A stretch of DNA of 48,026 bases from an uncultured Gammaproteobacteria bacterium (GCA_964432085.1 CAYSME010000001.1:1-48026), one strand, 5' to 3'; counted from the first letter of the stretch, positions 1 through 8,922 are shown. Notes: generated by a model not told the origin, from the letters alone. Numbers and translations are program-made.

Positions 1-51
1 ACAATTAAAATCATAATTAGTTTATTAGTAAACTAGTAATTAGTAATTAGG

Positions 52-414
52 TTAAGAAGAAATTTTAACCTTGGATAACAAAGAGTTTAACATTTTTGCC
101 ACTTCTATTGATAAGTTAATCAGATTATTAAACTCATTTTCAGTAATATATTCCAAATCTTTAGACAATTCTAAAAAATATTGAGTTTCTACTAATGAGC
201 CCCTGGCCTGAATCAAAAATTGACAAAATTCTTTGTTTGTCTTTCTAGCGCTGCCTTCAACTATATTTGCTGGAACAGAGCTCGAAGCTCTTCTCAACTG
301 AGATATTATCCCAAATATTTCATCTTTGGGATATTTTTTTGTAATTTTATATATATCCAAAGTATATTGATGGGCCTTTCTCCAAACTAACATATTGTGG
401 TACAACATAAACAA
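52..414 (-). CDS. four-helix-bundle protein (23S rRNA intervening-sequence protein family)
   Basis: 120-aa ORF with family hallmarks VWRKAHQ, QLRRASSSVPANIVEG and ARGSLVETQYFLEL. The track start at 414 is TTG; in-frame ATGs at 408 and 393 are alternative starts. Confidence 0.8.
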   Translation of the reverse strand: MFMLYHNMLVWRKAHQYTLDIYKITKKYPKDEIFGIISQLRRASSSVPANIVEGSARKTNKEFCQFLIQARGSLVETQYFLELSKDLEYITENEFNNLINLSIEVAKMLNSLLSKVKISS

Positions 415-446
415 TTTTACTACCTAATCAACTACTTACTAATCAA

Positions 447-1553
447 CTATTTTTCTATCCTCTCCCATGGATATTCTTCATATCCGAAATGTCCATATCG
501 TGCTGTGTTTTTGTAAATCGGCCTTTTCAAATCAAATTTTTCTAAAATGCCTTTTACTGATAAATCCATTAAATTCCAAATAAAATCTTCAATTGTTTTC
601 AAATCTTTTTTTTCAGTTCCAAAAGTTTCAAAAGATTTTGCCAATGGATCTCTTTGGCCGATAACATAAGATAATTGAACTTCACACCTGTCAGCCAAAC
701 CAGCTGCTACCACATTTTTTGCTAAAAACCTGGCCGCATAAGCCCCACTTCGGTCAACTTTTGTTGGATCTTTTCCTGAAAAACAACCACCACCGATTCT
801 TCCCATTCCACCATAAGTATCCACCACAATTTTTCGTCCAGTCACTCCGGTATCACTGGCTGGCCCACCAATTTCCCAAGCCCCAGTACCATTAAAAATA
901 AATTTATCAAAATCAATTTTTGTCAAATTATATTTTTCTAAAATTGGCAGAACAACTAATTTATATAATTCATTTTTAACATCCTCAGATTTAACATCAG
1001 GCGAAATTGGTTTAGCTAAAACTACTTGTTCAACTCCCATTGCCTTTTTATTTTCATATCTCACACTTACTTCTGATTTGCCATCAGGACGAAGATATTT
1101 TAATTCACCAAATTGTAACTCATCCATTTTTCTGGCAAATTCATGACATAAAACAATCGGCAAAGGCATCAATTGTGGAGTTTCATTACACGCATATCCA
1201 AACATCATTCCTTGATCTCCAGCTCCTTCATTATCAACCCCAACCGCAATATCTTTCGACTGTTGGTGAATCGCTACATCAAAAACAGCGTTTTTATCAA
1301 AACTAAATTCTGCTTTATCATAACCTAAATCTGTAATCACTTTCTGGGCTATACTCTTATAATCCAACTCAGAATTGCAAGTAACTTCTCCTGCCATTGT
1401 AACTTTATTTGTCGTTACCAATGTTTCCACTGCCACTCTTGAATTTTTATCAACACTTAATGCCGCATCTAATACAGCATCTGAAATCTGGTCACAAACT
1501 TTGTCGGGATGACCAGCACATACCGACTCTGATACAAAAAGGGGATAATTCAT
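447..1553 (-). CDS. metK: S-adenosylmethionine synthetase
   Basis: GHPDKVCDQISDAVLDA, GAGDQGMMFGYA, DTYGGMGRIGGGCFSGKDPTKVDRSGAY. Strong SD (AGGAGG) 5-6 nt upstream of the ATG. Confidence 0.95.
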   Translation of the reverse strand: MNYPLFVSESVCAGHPDKVCDQISDAVLDAALSVDKNSRVAVETLVTTNKVTMAGEVTCNSELDYKSIAQKVITDLGYDKAEFSFDKNAVFDVAIHQQSKDIAVGVDNEGAGDQGMMFGYACNETPQLMPLPIVLCHEFARKMDELQFGELKYLRPDGKSEVSVRYENKKAMGVEQVVLAKPISPDVKSEDVKNELYKLVVLPILEKYNLTKIDFDKFIFNGTGAWEIGGPASDTGVTGRKIVVDTYGGMGRIGGGCFSGKDPTKVDRSGAYAARFLAKNVVAAGLADRCEVQLSYVIGQRDPLAKSFETFGTEKKDLKTIEDFIWNLMDLSVKGILEKFDLKRPIYKNTARYGHFGYEEYPWERIEK

Positions 1554-1574
1554 TTTTCCTCCTGTTTAATTAAT

Positions 1575-1680
1575 AAAGAGGCTTGTCTCTTTCTATTTCT
1601 AGAAAAAAAGCACCGCGGCTCACCAATTGGTAAACTCGGTTGCTGCCCTGACTTTTAATCAGAACTCTTGACAAACTAAT
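1575..1680 (-). promoter_or_regulatory. candidate metabolite-sensing (SAM-type?) leader RNA of metK; class unresolved
   Basis: The leader has UCAAGAG ... GCAACC ... GGUGC in the order seen in SAM-I-clan riboswitches. UUUGUC (1675-1670) can pair with GACAAG (1587-1582), and it contains the terminator above. Only one hairpin separates AAGAG and GCAACC, so it is not a canonical SAM-I. Confidence 0.35.
1603..1644 (-). terminator. intrinsic terminator-like hairpin plus U7 inside the metK 5-prime leader (attenuator)
   Basis: Minus-strand RNA: A-GCAACCG-A-GUUUACC-AAUU-GGUGAGC-CG-CGGUGC followed by UUUUUUU. The helix is about 13-14 bp with one bulge and a small internal loop. It lies about 50 nt upstream of the metK ATG. 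Confidence 0.55.
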
Positions 1681-1696
1681 CCATATTAACAAAAAA

Positions 1697-2668
1697 ATGA
1701 TAAACTTTCAAAGTATGATAGAAACCCCTATTATTATTAGCGGATCAATTGCTATTGATCGTATTATGAATTTTTCTGGCCGGTATAAAGACTTAATTAA
1801 ACCAGATAAAATTCATGTTTTATCACTTAGTATTTTCTTAGAAAAATTAAAAGATACTCAAGGTGGTGTTGGTGGAAATATTTCCTATTCATTAGCATTG
1901 TTAGGAGAAAAACCTATACTGATTGGATCTGTTGGCTCAGAGGCCAAAGAATACATTGAAAAACTAAAAAAAATTGGAGTAAATGTTGACAATGTTTTTT
2001 TTAGCAAACTTCCTACAGCCTCTTTCAATGTTATGACCGATATCGAAGATAATCAAATAGGCGGATTTTATCCCGGAGCCATGTACGACAGTGATAATTC
2101 ATCTTTTAAACCATGGAAGGATAAAAATGCTTTTTTCATTATTTCACCAAATGATCCAAAATTAATGAATCGATTAGTTGATGAATGTCAAAGATATAAA
2201 TTAAGAATGCTTTTTGATTTTGGACAACAAGTCAATAATTCCCCAGCCGAATTCCTTAAAAAAGGTGTCAAAACAGCCGAAGTCATCATTGCTAATGATT
2301 ATGAGATGTCTGTTCTTTCTGAAAAAATAAAATTATCTATAAATAAAATAAAAAAAATAGTTCCAATCTGTATTACTACTCTCGGATTTAAAGGATCAAT
2401 CATAGAAGGTAATAAAGTTTCAAAACCCATTAAAATAAAAGCTGCCAAACCCCAAAATACATCCGATCCCACCGGAGCCGGAGATGCCTACAGATCAGGT
2501 TTTATTTATGGTTATGTTAGAAACTGGGACTTAAAAATTTGTGGACAATTAGGTTCCTTAGCTGCTGTTTATACTGTTGAAACCTACGGAACTCAGGAAC
2601 ATTTTTTCACTAAAAAAGAATTTATAAAACGTTATAATGAAAATTATAATCAACCATTAAATATTTAA
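1697..2668 (+). CDS. PfkB-family carbohydrate/nucleoside kinase (adenosine-kinase-like by context)
   Basis: GGVGGNISYSLALLG and the C-terminal PfkB signature DPTGAGDAYRSGFIYG. It sits between metK and ahcY. ATG at 1715 is an alternative start. Confidence 0.7.
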   Translation: MINFQSMIETPIIISGSIAIDRIMNFSGRYKDLIKPDKIHVLSLSIFLEKLKDTQGGVGGNISYSLALLGEKPILIGSVGSEAKEYIEKLKKIGVNVDNVFFSKLPTASFNVMTDIEDNQIGGFYPGAMYDSDNSSFKPWKDKNAFFIISPNDPKLMNRLVDECQRYKLRMLFDFGQQVNNSPAEFLKKGVKTAEVIIANDYEMSVLSEKIKLSINKIKKIVPICITTLGFKGSIIEGNKVSKPIKIKAAKPQNTSDPTGAGDAYRSGFIYGYVRNWDLKICGQLGSLAAVYTVETYGTQEHFFTKKEFIKRYNENYNQPLNI

Positions 2669-2674
2669 ATAAAA

Positions 2675-3976
2675 ATGACAACTAATAAAAACGATTTTAA
2701 AGTCAAAGATTTATCATTAGCTTCTTGGGGAAGAAAGGAAATTATTTTAGCCGAAAAAGAAATGCCGGGTTTAATGAGTCTTCGAAAAGAATTTAAGAAA
2801 ACCAAACCTCTAAAAGGTGCCAGAATATCCGGCTCGTTACACATGACCATTCAAACTGCTGTTTTAATTGAAACTTTAGTCGAATTGGGTGCCGAAGTTA
2901 GGTGGGCTTCTTGTAATATTTTTTCCACTCAAGATCACGCTGCTGCTGCCATTGCCAAAGCTGGCATTCCAGTTTTTGCTTGGAAAGGAGAAAGTGAAAA
3001 AGAATATTGGTGGTGTACCGAACAAACTCTAAAATTCAAAAATGGCAAAGGTCCAAACATGTTACTAGATGATGGTGGAGATATAACTGCATTAGTTCAC
3101 GAAAAACACCCCAAACTTTTACCAGAAATCAAAGGAGTTTCTGAAGAAACCACCACCGGAGTCCACCATCTTTATCAAAGATTTAAAGAAGGCACTCTTA
3201 AAATCCCTGCTATTAACGTTAATGACAGCGTCACTAAATCAAAATTCGATAACCTCTATGGTTGCCGTGAATCACTCTGTGATGGCATCAAACGAGCCAC
3301 CGATATAATGTTGGCTGGTAAGGTTGCCGTAGTTGCTGGTTATGGTGATGTTGGTAAGGGATGTGCTCAATCACTTAAATCTTATGGTTGCAAAGTTTTA
3401 ATAACCGAAATAGATCCTATTTGTGCACTTCAAGCCGCCATGGAAGGATATTCAGTAGTTACAATGGAAAATGCCGTTAAAACAGGTAATATTTTCGTTA
3501 CCACCACTGGTTGCAGAGACATTATCACCATCGAACATATGAAAAAAATGAAAGATACCGCTATCGTTTGTAATATTGGTCATTTTGATGTTGAAATCCA
3601 AGTTAAGCAACTTAATGAATTTCCTAAAATTAAAAAAGAAGAAGTTAAACCTCAAGTGGATCTTTACACCTTTCCAGATGGACACAGAATAATTCTTCTG
3701 GCCGAAGGCAGACTAGTAAATCTCGGTTGTGCCACCGGCCATCCATCTTTTGTTATGTCTTGTTCCTTTACTAATCAGGTTTTAGCCCAAATTGAACTTT
3801 TCACTAAAAAATATGATGTTGGAGTTTATCGTTTGCCTAAAAAATTAGATGAAAAAGTGGCTCAACTCCATCTGGAACAAATTGGAGTTCAACTTTCCAA
3901 ATTAAGCAAAGATCAAGCCGATTATTTGGGCATAGACAAAGACGGACCTTTTAAACCAGAATTCTATCGCTACTAA
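2675..3976 (+). CDS. ahcY: adenosylhomocysteinase
   Basis: [19 protein letters not shown] site [32 protein letters not shown] and C-terminal [14 protein letters not shown]. Confidence 0.95.
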   Translation: MTTNKNDFKVKDLSLASWGRKEIILAEKEMPGLMSLRKEFKKTKPLKGARISGSLHMTIQTAVLIETLVELGAEVRWASCNIFSTQDHAAAAIAKAGIPVFAWKGESEKEYWWCTEQTLKFKNGKGPNMLLDDGGDITALVHEKHPKLLPEIKGVSEETTTGVHHLYQRFKEGTLKIPAINVNDSVTKSKFDNLYGCRESLCDGIKRATDIMLAGKVAVVAGYGDVGKGCAQSLKSYGCKVLITEIDPICALQAAMEGYSVVTMENAVKTGNIFVTTTGCRDIITIEHMKKMKDTAIVCNIGHFDVEIQVKQLNEFPKIKKEEVKPQVDLYTFPDGHRIILLAEGRLVNLGCATGHPSFVMSCSFTNQVLAQIELFTKKYDVGVYRLPKKLDEKVAQLHLEQIGVQLSKLSKDQADYLGIDKDGPFKPEFYRY

Positions 3977-3978
3977 TA

Positions 3979-4932
3979 TTAAATCTTTATCTTTTCTTTA
4001 ATATCTCTATTAAATAACAATAATAACCCACCAAATAAAGCATTAATCACACCTAAAATCCCCAAAAAAGTAGACATTAGTAAAACACCTTCTGGGTTTC
4101 CAAAACTGGAAAAGAAATACAAATAAAGACCTTCTCTTGGTCCAAAGCCTCCAATAGAAATCGGCAAAATCAATATTACCGCTATAATTGGCACAAAAAT
4201 AAAAATTGATAAAAAATCAATTCCTATCCCAAATTTCCAATTTATAAACCAAATTTGACACATCCATAAAAATTCACTCACCATTGATATTAATAAACAT
4301 TTAGTCATTTGCTCCCTATTTTTCCCTTTAAACAAATCAAATGCCTCATCCAATTTTCTAAAAACTTTAAATTTTGGTAAAAGTTTAGAAACATCAAAAA
4401 AATAAATCAAAACACAAATTAACAGACAAATTAATGCCAAAACCAAAAATAGATAAAAAACATAAACAGGAATTATTAATCCTATCTTTCGGCCTAATAA
4501 GCAAGAAATTAATCCCATAACCATAAAAATAGTAAATCCTATAAATCTATCCAACACCACTGACCCTAAAATTTTAGTCTTTGAAGTGTTTGGATATTTA
4601 CTGTCTATAACCAACCATTTTGCCACATCTCCCACCGCCGCTGTCGAAAAAAACAACGAATAAAAAGATGCTAAAAAACTGGCACGAGTAAAAGTCAACA
4701 CGGTTTTAAATCTGATATTAGGGAATAACAACAAGCTCCACCTGGCAGAGATGATAACTATCGACAAAAAACTTACTAATATATTCAGCAACACAAACCA
4801 AATTGGAATTTCCCTAATCTCTTTAAAAAGCTTCATCACATCAACTTTCTTAAAGGCAAAATAAATTAATACCACTGAAAATATCAATCTAAACCACTTG
4901 GAACCAAAAATTTTTTTGAATAATTCCAACAT
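3979..4932 (-). CDS. polytopic membrane protein, lysyl-PG-synthase-TM/flippase-like (UPF0104-like)
   Basis: 317 aa with about 8 hydrophobic helices. The N-terminal KKxxxxxL ... RW motif pattern is typical of LPG_synthase_TM proteins that accompany GT2 genes. The assignment is by resemblance only. Confidence 0.5.
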   Translation of the reverse strand: MLELFKKIFGSKWFRLIFSVVLIYFAFKKVDVMKLFKEIREIPIWFVLLNILVSFLSIVIISARWSLLLFPNIRFKTVLTFTRASFLASFYSLFFSTAAVGDVAKWLVIDSKYPNTSKTKILGSVVLDRFIGFTIFMVMGLISCLLGRKIGLIIPVYVFYLFLVLALICLLICVLIYFFDVSKLLPKFKVFRKLDEAFDLFKGKNREQMTKCLLISMVSEFLWMCQIWFINWKFGIGIDFLSIFIFVPIIAVILILPISIGGFGPREGLYLYFFSSFGNPEGVLLMSTFLGILGVINALFGGLLLLFNRDIKEKIKI

Positions 4933-4958
4933 AATCTACTTATTAGAATAACACGAAG

Positions 4959-4964
4959 TATAAT
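4959..4964 (+). promoter_or_regulatory. -10 box TATAAT, 11 nt upstream of the first GT4 ATG
   Basis: Exact TATAAT with no SD before the ATG at 4976. Confidence 0.35.
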
Positions 4965-4975
4965 TAATCCAGATT

Positions 4976-6268
4976 ATGAAAATTTTACTGATTAGCCATA
5001 TTTTTCCACCCGCCATTGATGGCGGTTCAAAAGTCATTCATAAACTCGGTCAATACCTCGAATCTCAAAATCATCAAACTCTTTATCTCTCGTCAAACTG
5101 TTCCAGCACTGATGATTTTGTCAAATCTAAATTTAAAATTTCCCTTTTTAAGGGAAAAACCGGTTTATCCGGAAAGGATTTTATTAAAATTCCAGTTTAC
5201 CATCATCTCCGTCGTCCATTAAAATTAATAGAAAAAATTTTTGCCTTATTCATAAATCATAAATCATACTTCATAAATCTACTTAAAGTTTTCCAAAAAG
5301 GCCCTATCTTTAAAGTTTTTCCTTTTATAAAAACTATTTTTATAATTCTAAAATTTAAACCAGATTTAATCATTGCTGGCCCACTTCCAACAACTGTAAT
5401 TATTTATGCGTTATGGTTAAAGAATTTAGTTAATAAATTAAGAGGTGGATTTTGCCAACTTTTAATTAATGCTTCTTTTCACCCCACTGACCCAGATTTT
5501 CACAAAAAACCACTTATTAACACCTTAAAAAAGGCAGATTTTTTATGGACCCTAACTCAATTCGAAACCGATTATTTCATAAAAAATTTTAATATTGATC
5601 CTCAAAAAATAATTCTCGCCGGCAACGGAGTTGATCTAAAATTTCTTAAAAAAGAAAATAAAATTTCCCTTTTTAAGGGAAAAACCGGTTTATCCGGAAA
5701 GGATTTTAACATCTTATTTATCGGTTCTCTTGCCGCCCACAAACGTGTTGATCTTCTTATTAAATCTTTTTCTGATTTAATTATATCCTCCCTTCATCAA
5801 GGGAGGACCCCGATTCATCGGGAGGTGGGTTTAACCATCGCTGGACAAAAGACATTGTTTTATCCCCAAATTGAAAAACTTATCAATTCTCTTAATCCAA
5901 AAATAAAATCTAAAATAAAATTTGTTTTTAATTTTAAATCCAAAAATTTATCAAAACTAATAGATAATTGTTCGGTCTTAGTTTTACCTTCTGTTCAGGA
6001 AAGTTTCGGATTGGTAGTCATCGAAGCCTGGGCTCGACAAAAACCGGTTATTTGTGCCGATATTCCAGCCTTAAAAGAATTAGTTAAAAATTCAGATGGG
6101 GGATTGTTGTTTAAGGTTGACGACCAAAATGATTTAACTAAACAAATCAAATTTATTCTAGATAACCCCAAAAAAGCAGATCAAATGGGATTAAATGGTT
6201 TTAATTATGTTAAAAATAATTACACTTGGAATAAAGTTGGAAATAAAATATGCCAAAAAATATTATGA
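4976..6268 (+). CDS. glycosyltransferase family 4 (GT-B), carrying three in-frame hairpin-element inserts
   Basis: N-terminal MKILLISHIFPPAIDGGS and C-terminal E-x7-E region PSVQESFGLVVIEAWARQKPVICADIPALKELV. The peptide ISLFKGKTGLSGKDF occurs twice, and SSLHQGRTPIHREVG occurs once. Confidence 0.85.
   Translation: MKILLISHIFPPAIDGGSKVIHKLGQYLESQNHQTLYLSSNCSSTDDFVKSKFKISLFKGKTGLSGKDFIKIPVYHHLRRPLKLIEKIFALFINHKSYFINLLKVFQKGPIFKVFPFIKTIFIILKFKPDLIIAGPLPTTVIIYALWLKNLVNKLRGGFCQLLINASFHPTDPDFHKKPLINTLKKADFLWTLTQFETDYFIKNFNIDPQKIILAGNGVDLKFLKKENKISLFKGKTGLSGKDFNILFIGSLAAHKRVDLLIKSFSDLIISSLHQGRTPIHREVGLTIAGQKTLFYPQIEKLINSLNPKIKSKIKFVFNFKSKNLSKLIDNCSVLVLPSVQESFGLVVIEAWARQKPVICADIPALKELVKNSDGGLLFKVDDQNDLTKQIKFILDNPKKADQMGLNGFNYVKNNYTWNKVGNKICQKIL
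5134..5183. repeat. GC-rich double-hairpin mini-element, copy A (exact 50-bp duplicate of 5659-5708)
   Basis: taaaaTTTCCCTTtttAAGGGAAAaaCCGGtttatCCGGaaaggatttta. Hairpin 1 is 8 bp with a 3-nt loop; hairpin 2 is CCGG/CCGG. It is in frame in the GT4 CDS. Confidence 0.85.
5659..5708. repeat. GC-rich double-hairpin mini-element, copy B (exact 50-bp duplicate of 5134-5183)
   Basis: Identical 50-mer lying 525 bp (175 codons) downstream of copy A in the same reading frame. Confidence 0.85.
5787..5830. repeat. GC-rich double-hairpin mini-element, copy C
   Basis: CCTCCCTTcatcAAGGGAGG-ac-CCCGATtcATCGGG-aggtgggt. It has the same two-hairpin layout, lies in frame in the GT4 CDS, and is closely similar to copy F. 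Confidence 0.65.
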
Positions 6269-6708
6269 TTATAATCACTTTTGTTTTGGTTATTACTGCC
6301 GGCGTCTTAACCTGGCGTCTTTTTTTTCATCTTCCAACACCAAACACCGTTAAAATTAAAATCAATAACACCAACTATCAAATAGAATTAGCCAAAACTA
6401 CCGCCCAAAAAATAAAGGGGTTATCTAATAGAACCGAACTTTGTAAAAATTGCGGCATGCTTTTTATTTTTGGATTTGAAGGTAATTTGCCATTCTGGAT
6501 GAAAGACACCCTTATTCCTCTCGATATGATCTGGATCAACAAAGACGGAAAAATTGTCGACATTCAAACGATTACCGAAATCAGTTCTAATAAAATTTAT
6601 CAAAATCAAACTCCAGCCCAATACGTTCTAGAGTTAAATGCTAATGATTGTCAAAAAATCAACCTAAAAATAGGGGATATAATTGACTTATCTAAAATTG
6701 GTGAATAA
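6250..6708 (+). CDS. DUF192 domain protein with N-terminal membrane anchor
   Basis: MLFIF ... FWMKDTLIPLDMIWINKDGKIV ... YVLELN, typical of DUF192/COG1430. Confidence 0.7.
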   Translation: MPKNIMIIITFVLVITAGVLTWRLFFHLPTPNTVKIKINNTNYQIELAKTTAQKIKGLSNRTELCKNCGMLFIFGFEGNLPFWMKDTLIPLDMIWINKDGKIVDIQTITEISSNKIYQNQTPAQYVLELNANDCQKINLKIGDIIDLSKIGE

Positions 6709-7789
6709 TAAAAATATTAAAAAGAAAAAAAAGCAGAGCCACGCCCTGTCAAGGGAGGGGATTGGGGAGGGTTTTGGTTTTTCCATTATAATTCCAAATT
6801 ACAACGGTGCCAGATTTCTGGTTGATTGTTTAAAATCACTTCATCAAGCTATAATTAATTGTCCAAAATCCCAATTTGAAATAATCCTCGTTGATAATAA
6901 TTCCTATGATAATAGCCTGGAAATTTTTGAAACCATAATTCCCAAAAATTTTAATTATCGGATTTTATTAAATTCCCAAAACAAGGGATTTGCTCCGGCA
7001 GTAAACCAAGGCATCAAAAAGGCCAAATATGATTATGTTGTCTTATTAAATAATGATCTAAACATGGAACCAGATTGGTTTCAGTTAATTTCTGATGAAA
7101 TTAAAAAAAACTCAAATTCCAAAATAGCCACTTTTTTTGGTACTGTTTTAAACAAAAATGGAACTCATTTTGAATCTCAAGGCTTCAAATTTTATCCCGA
7201 AGGTCGGGTTGAAAATATGTCCAATAGAAAGATTTTTACCCCATCCTTGTCAAAGGAGGGGGTTGGGGGTAGATTGATTTGGGGTGCTTCCGCCTCACTT
7301 ATTGTCTATAATAAAAAAATTATCAATAAAATTGGATTATTTGACCAGGATTTCTTCGCCTATTGTGAAGATGTTGATCTTTCACTTCGCCTTCACAATT
7401 TAGGTTATCAGACTCTTTATATCCCAAATGCTATTTCTTACCATCTTGGCGGTGGAACCAGCAATCGAATGAAAAATATCCGAAGTCGTTTGTCATATCG
7501 AAACTGGTTTTTCATTATTTTAAAAAATTATTCAACCAAAGATTTTTTAATCAATTTTCATAAAATTTTTACAGAAAGACTCCATAACTTTTCATATTTC
7601 TTAAAAGAAACAATCTCTATTTATAAATGGAAATCTGTCATTTTCTTTCCTTTTGACCTTCTAAAAACTTGGTTTGAAATTTTAATCTATTTTCCTAAAA
7701 TGTTTAAAAAGCGAAAAGAAATCCAAAAATTGCTTGCCCGACATAGCTTTATAAGCGAAGGCGGGGTAAAATTACATAATAAAATATGA
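6683..7789 (+). CDS. glycosyltransferase family 2
   Basis: SIIIPNYNGARFL, ILVDNNSYDNS, and the ED motif region YCEDVDLSLRL. The start is uncertain (TTG 6683, TTG 6698 or GTG 6701). It carries elements D and E in frame. Confidence 0.85.
   Translation: MTYLKLVNNKNIKKKKKQSHALSREGIGEGFGFSIIIPNYNGARFLVDCLKSLHQAIINCPKSQFEIILVDNNSYDNSLEIFETIIPKNFNYRILLNSQNKGFAPAVNQGIKKAKYDYVVLLNNDLNMEPDWFQLISDEIKKNSNSKIATFFGTVLNKNGTHFESQGFKFYPEGRVENMSNRKIFTPSLSKEGVGGRLIWGASASLIVYNKKIINKIGLFDQDFFAYCEDVDLSLRLHNLGYQTLYIPNAISYHLGGGTSNRMKNIRSRLSYRNWFFIILKNYSTKDFLINFHKIFTERLHNFSYFLKETISIYKWKSVIFFPFDLLKTWFEILIYFPKMFKKRKEIQKLLARHSFISEGGVKLHNKI
6744..6773. repeat. hairpin mini-element, tgtcaa subfamily, copy D
   Basis: CCCTgtcaAGGGaggggattggggaggg. 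By eye about 20 of 28 positions match copy E. It is translated as ALSREGIGEG at the GT2 N-terminus. Confidence 0.45.
7239..7270. repeat. hairpin mini-element, tgtcaa subfamily, copy E
   Basis: TCCTTgtcaAAGGAgggggttgggggt, translated as PSLSKEGVGG inside the GT2 CDS. A possible degenerate further copy lies at about 7746-7770 (SFISEGGV). Confidence 0.45.
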
Positions 7790-8922
7790 TCATTGGCATT
7801 GATATCTCCACTATCCCCTACAAAACCGGTGTCAGCAATTATACTCTCAACCTCATCCGCAACTTAGTAAAAATCGATAAAAATAACAAATATAAACTCT
7901 TTTATTCATCGATGAGACTACCGCTACCTAAAGAAATAATAGAACTCCAAAAAAGACATAATAATATAAAAATTTACCAATTCAAACTACCGCCAACTTT
8001 CCTGCAAATTCTTTGGAATAAGTTTCGGCTTTTTCCAATTGAGTTTTTTATTGGTAACTGCGACATTTTCCACACTTCAGATTGGACTCAACCACCAACC
8101 ATAAAAGCCAAAACCATCACTACTGTTCACGACCTTACTCCTTTCCTGCATCCGGAATGGCATCACCTGAAAGTCATTAAAGCTCATAAAAATAAAATGA
8201 AAATAGCCACCAAAAAATGTTCTAAATTCATTTGTGTTTCTCAAAGCACCAAAAATGATTTGCTAAAAATTTTTCCCAAAATCAACATGTTAAAAATCGA
8301 AATCATCTATGAAGCTGCCGAAGATAAATATCAAAAATTTTTAAAATTATCCAAAGAAACTCAGCAAAAGAAAAAGGAAGCCATTAAAAAACAATATGAC
8401 CTCGATAAATTTATTCTGGCTCAAGGAACCAGAGAACCACGAAAAAATCTAAAAAGATTAATTGATGCTTTTGTTATTTTTAAAAAAAACAATCCCGGTT
8501 GTAAAGTTGATTTAGCTATAGCTGGCAAATATGGTTGGGGTCAGGATGTTGATGGAGCCAAAGACCCGTCTGTAAAAATTCTTGGATTTATACCAGAAAA
8601 AGACATGGTAGCTCTTCATGCCAGCGCTATTTGTCTGGTTTATCCATCCCTTTATGAAGGTTTTGGTTTACCTCTTATTAAATCATTAAAAGTTGGCACT
8701 CCCATTATCACCAGTAATGTCTCTTCGATGCCCGAAGTTGGAGGAGATGCCGCTCTTTATATTAATCCAAATTCTACTCCAGATTTAACCAAAGCCATCA
8801 CCAAAATAATTAAAATATCTACAGTTCGTAAAAAATTAATTCTCAATGGCTTAACTCAATCTAAAAAATTTAGTTGGTTAAAAACCGCCGCTCAAACTTT
8901 AGAAGTTTATAAAAAAATATGA
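7786..8922 (+). CDS. glycosyltransferase family 4
   Basis: MIIGIDIS start and PSLYEGFGLPLIKSLKVGTPIITSNVSSMPEVGGDAALYINP. ATGA overlap with the upstream gene. Confidence 0.85.
   Translation: MIIGIDISTIPYKTGVSNYTLNLIRNLVKIDKNNKYKLFYSSMRLPLPKEIIELQKRHNNIKIYQFKLPPTFLQILWNKFRLFPIEFFIGNCDIFHTSDWTQPPTIKAKTITTVHDLTPFLHPEWHHLKVIKAHKNKMKIATKKCSKFICVSQSTKNDLLKIFPKINMLKIEIIYEAAEDKYQKFLKLSKETQQKKKEAIKKQYDLDKFILAQGTREPRKNLKRLIDAFVIFKKNNPGCKVDLAIAGKYGWGQDVDGAKDPSVKILGFIPEKDMVALHASAICLVYPSLYEGFGLPLIKSLKVGTPIITSNVSSMPEVGGDAALYINPNSTPDLTKAITKIIKISTVRKKLILNGLTQSKKFSWLKTAAQTLEVYKKI

Noticed and set aside
1040-1306. Track ORFs antisense to, or out of frame with, strongly supported genes. Examples: 1040-1306, 2665-2850, 3452-3685, 5016-5222, 6378-6621, 10968-11207, 14412-14670, 19917-20129, 20315-20524, 21563-21775, 23629-23814, 24459-24953, 26986-27314, 27790-28014, 31178-32092, 33102-33299, 35421-35612, 38193-38432, 40249-41064, 41551-41811, 43873-44103, 46474-46743, 46842-47024 and 47711-47932.
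   Set aside because: Each lies entirely within or opposite a CDS with clear family motifs. Their translations are low-complexity or compositionally odd, and none has its own promoter or SD signal. They are treated as shadow ORFs.
1603-1630. T-box riboswitch in the metK leader (GGUGAGCCGCG resembles the T-box GGUGGNACCGCG).
   Set aside because: The whole leader is only about 110-130 nt, which leaves no room for a Stem I/specifier domain. The match lacks one nucleotide and the surrounding AAUNAGG context.
5250-5285. Short cataaatc repeats (also ttcataaatct near 29883) as a dispersed motif.
   Set aside because: These are 8-11 nt AT-rich strings, which are expected by chance in a genome of this composition. 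No associated structure or positional pattern was seen.
6683-6708. The 26-nt overlap of DUF192 and the GT2 gene as evidence of a frameshift or fusion.
   Set aside because: The two proteins are complete in their own frames. The overlap depends on an uncertain TTG/GTG start choice for the GT2 gene.
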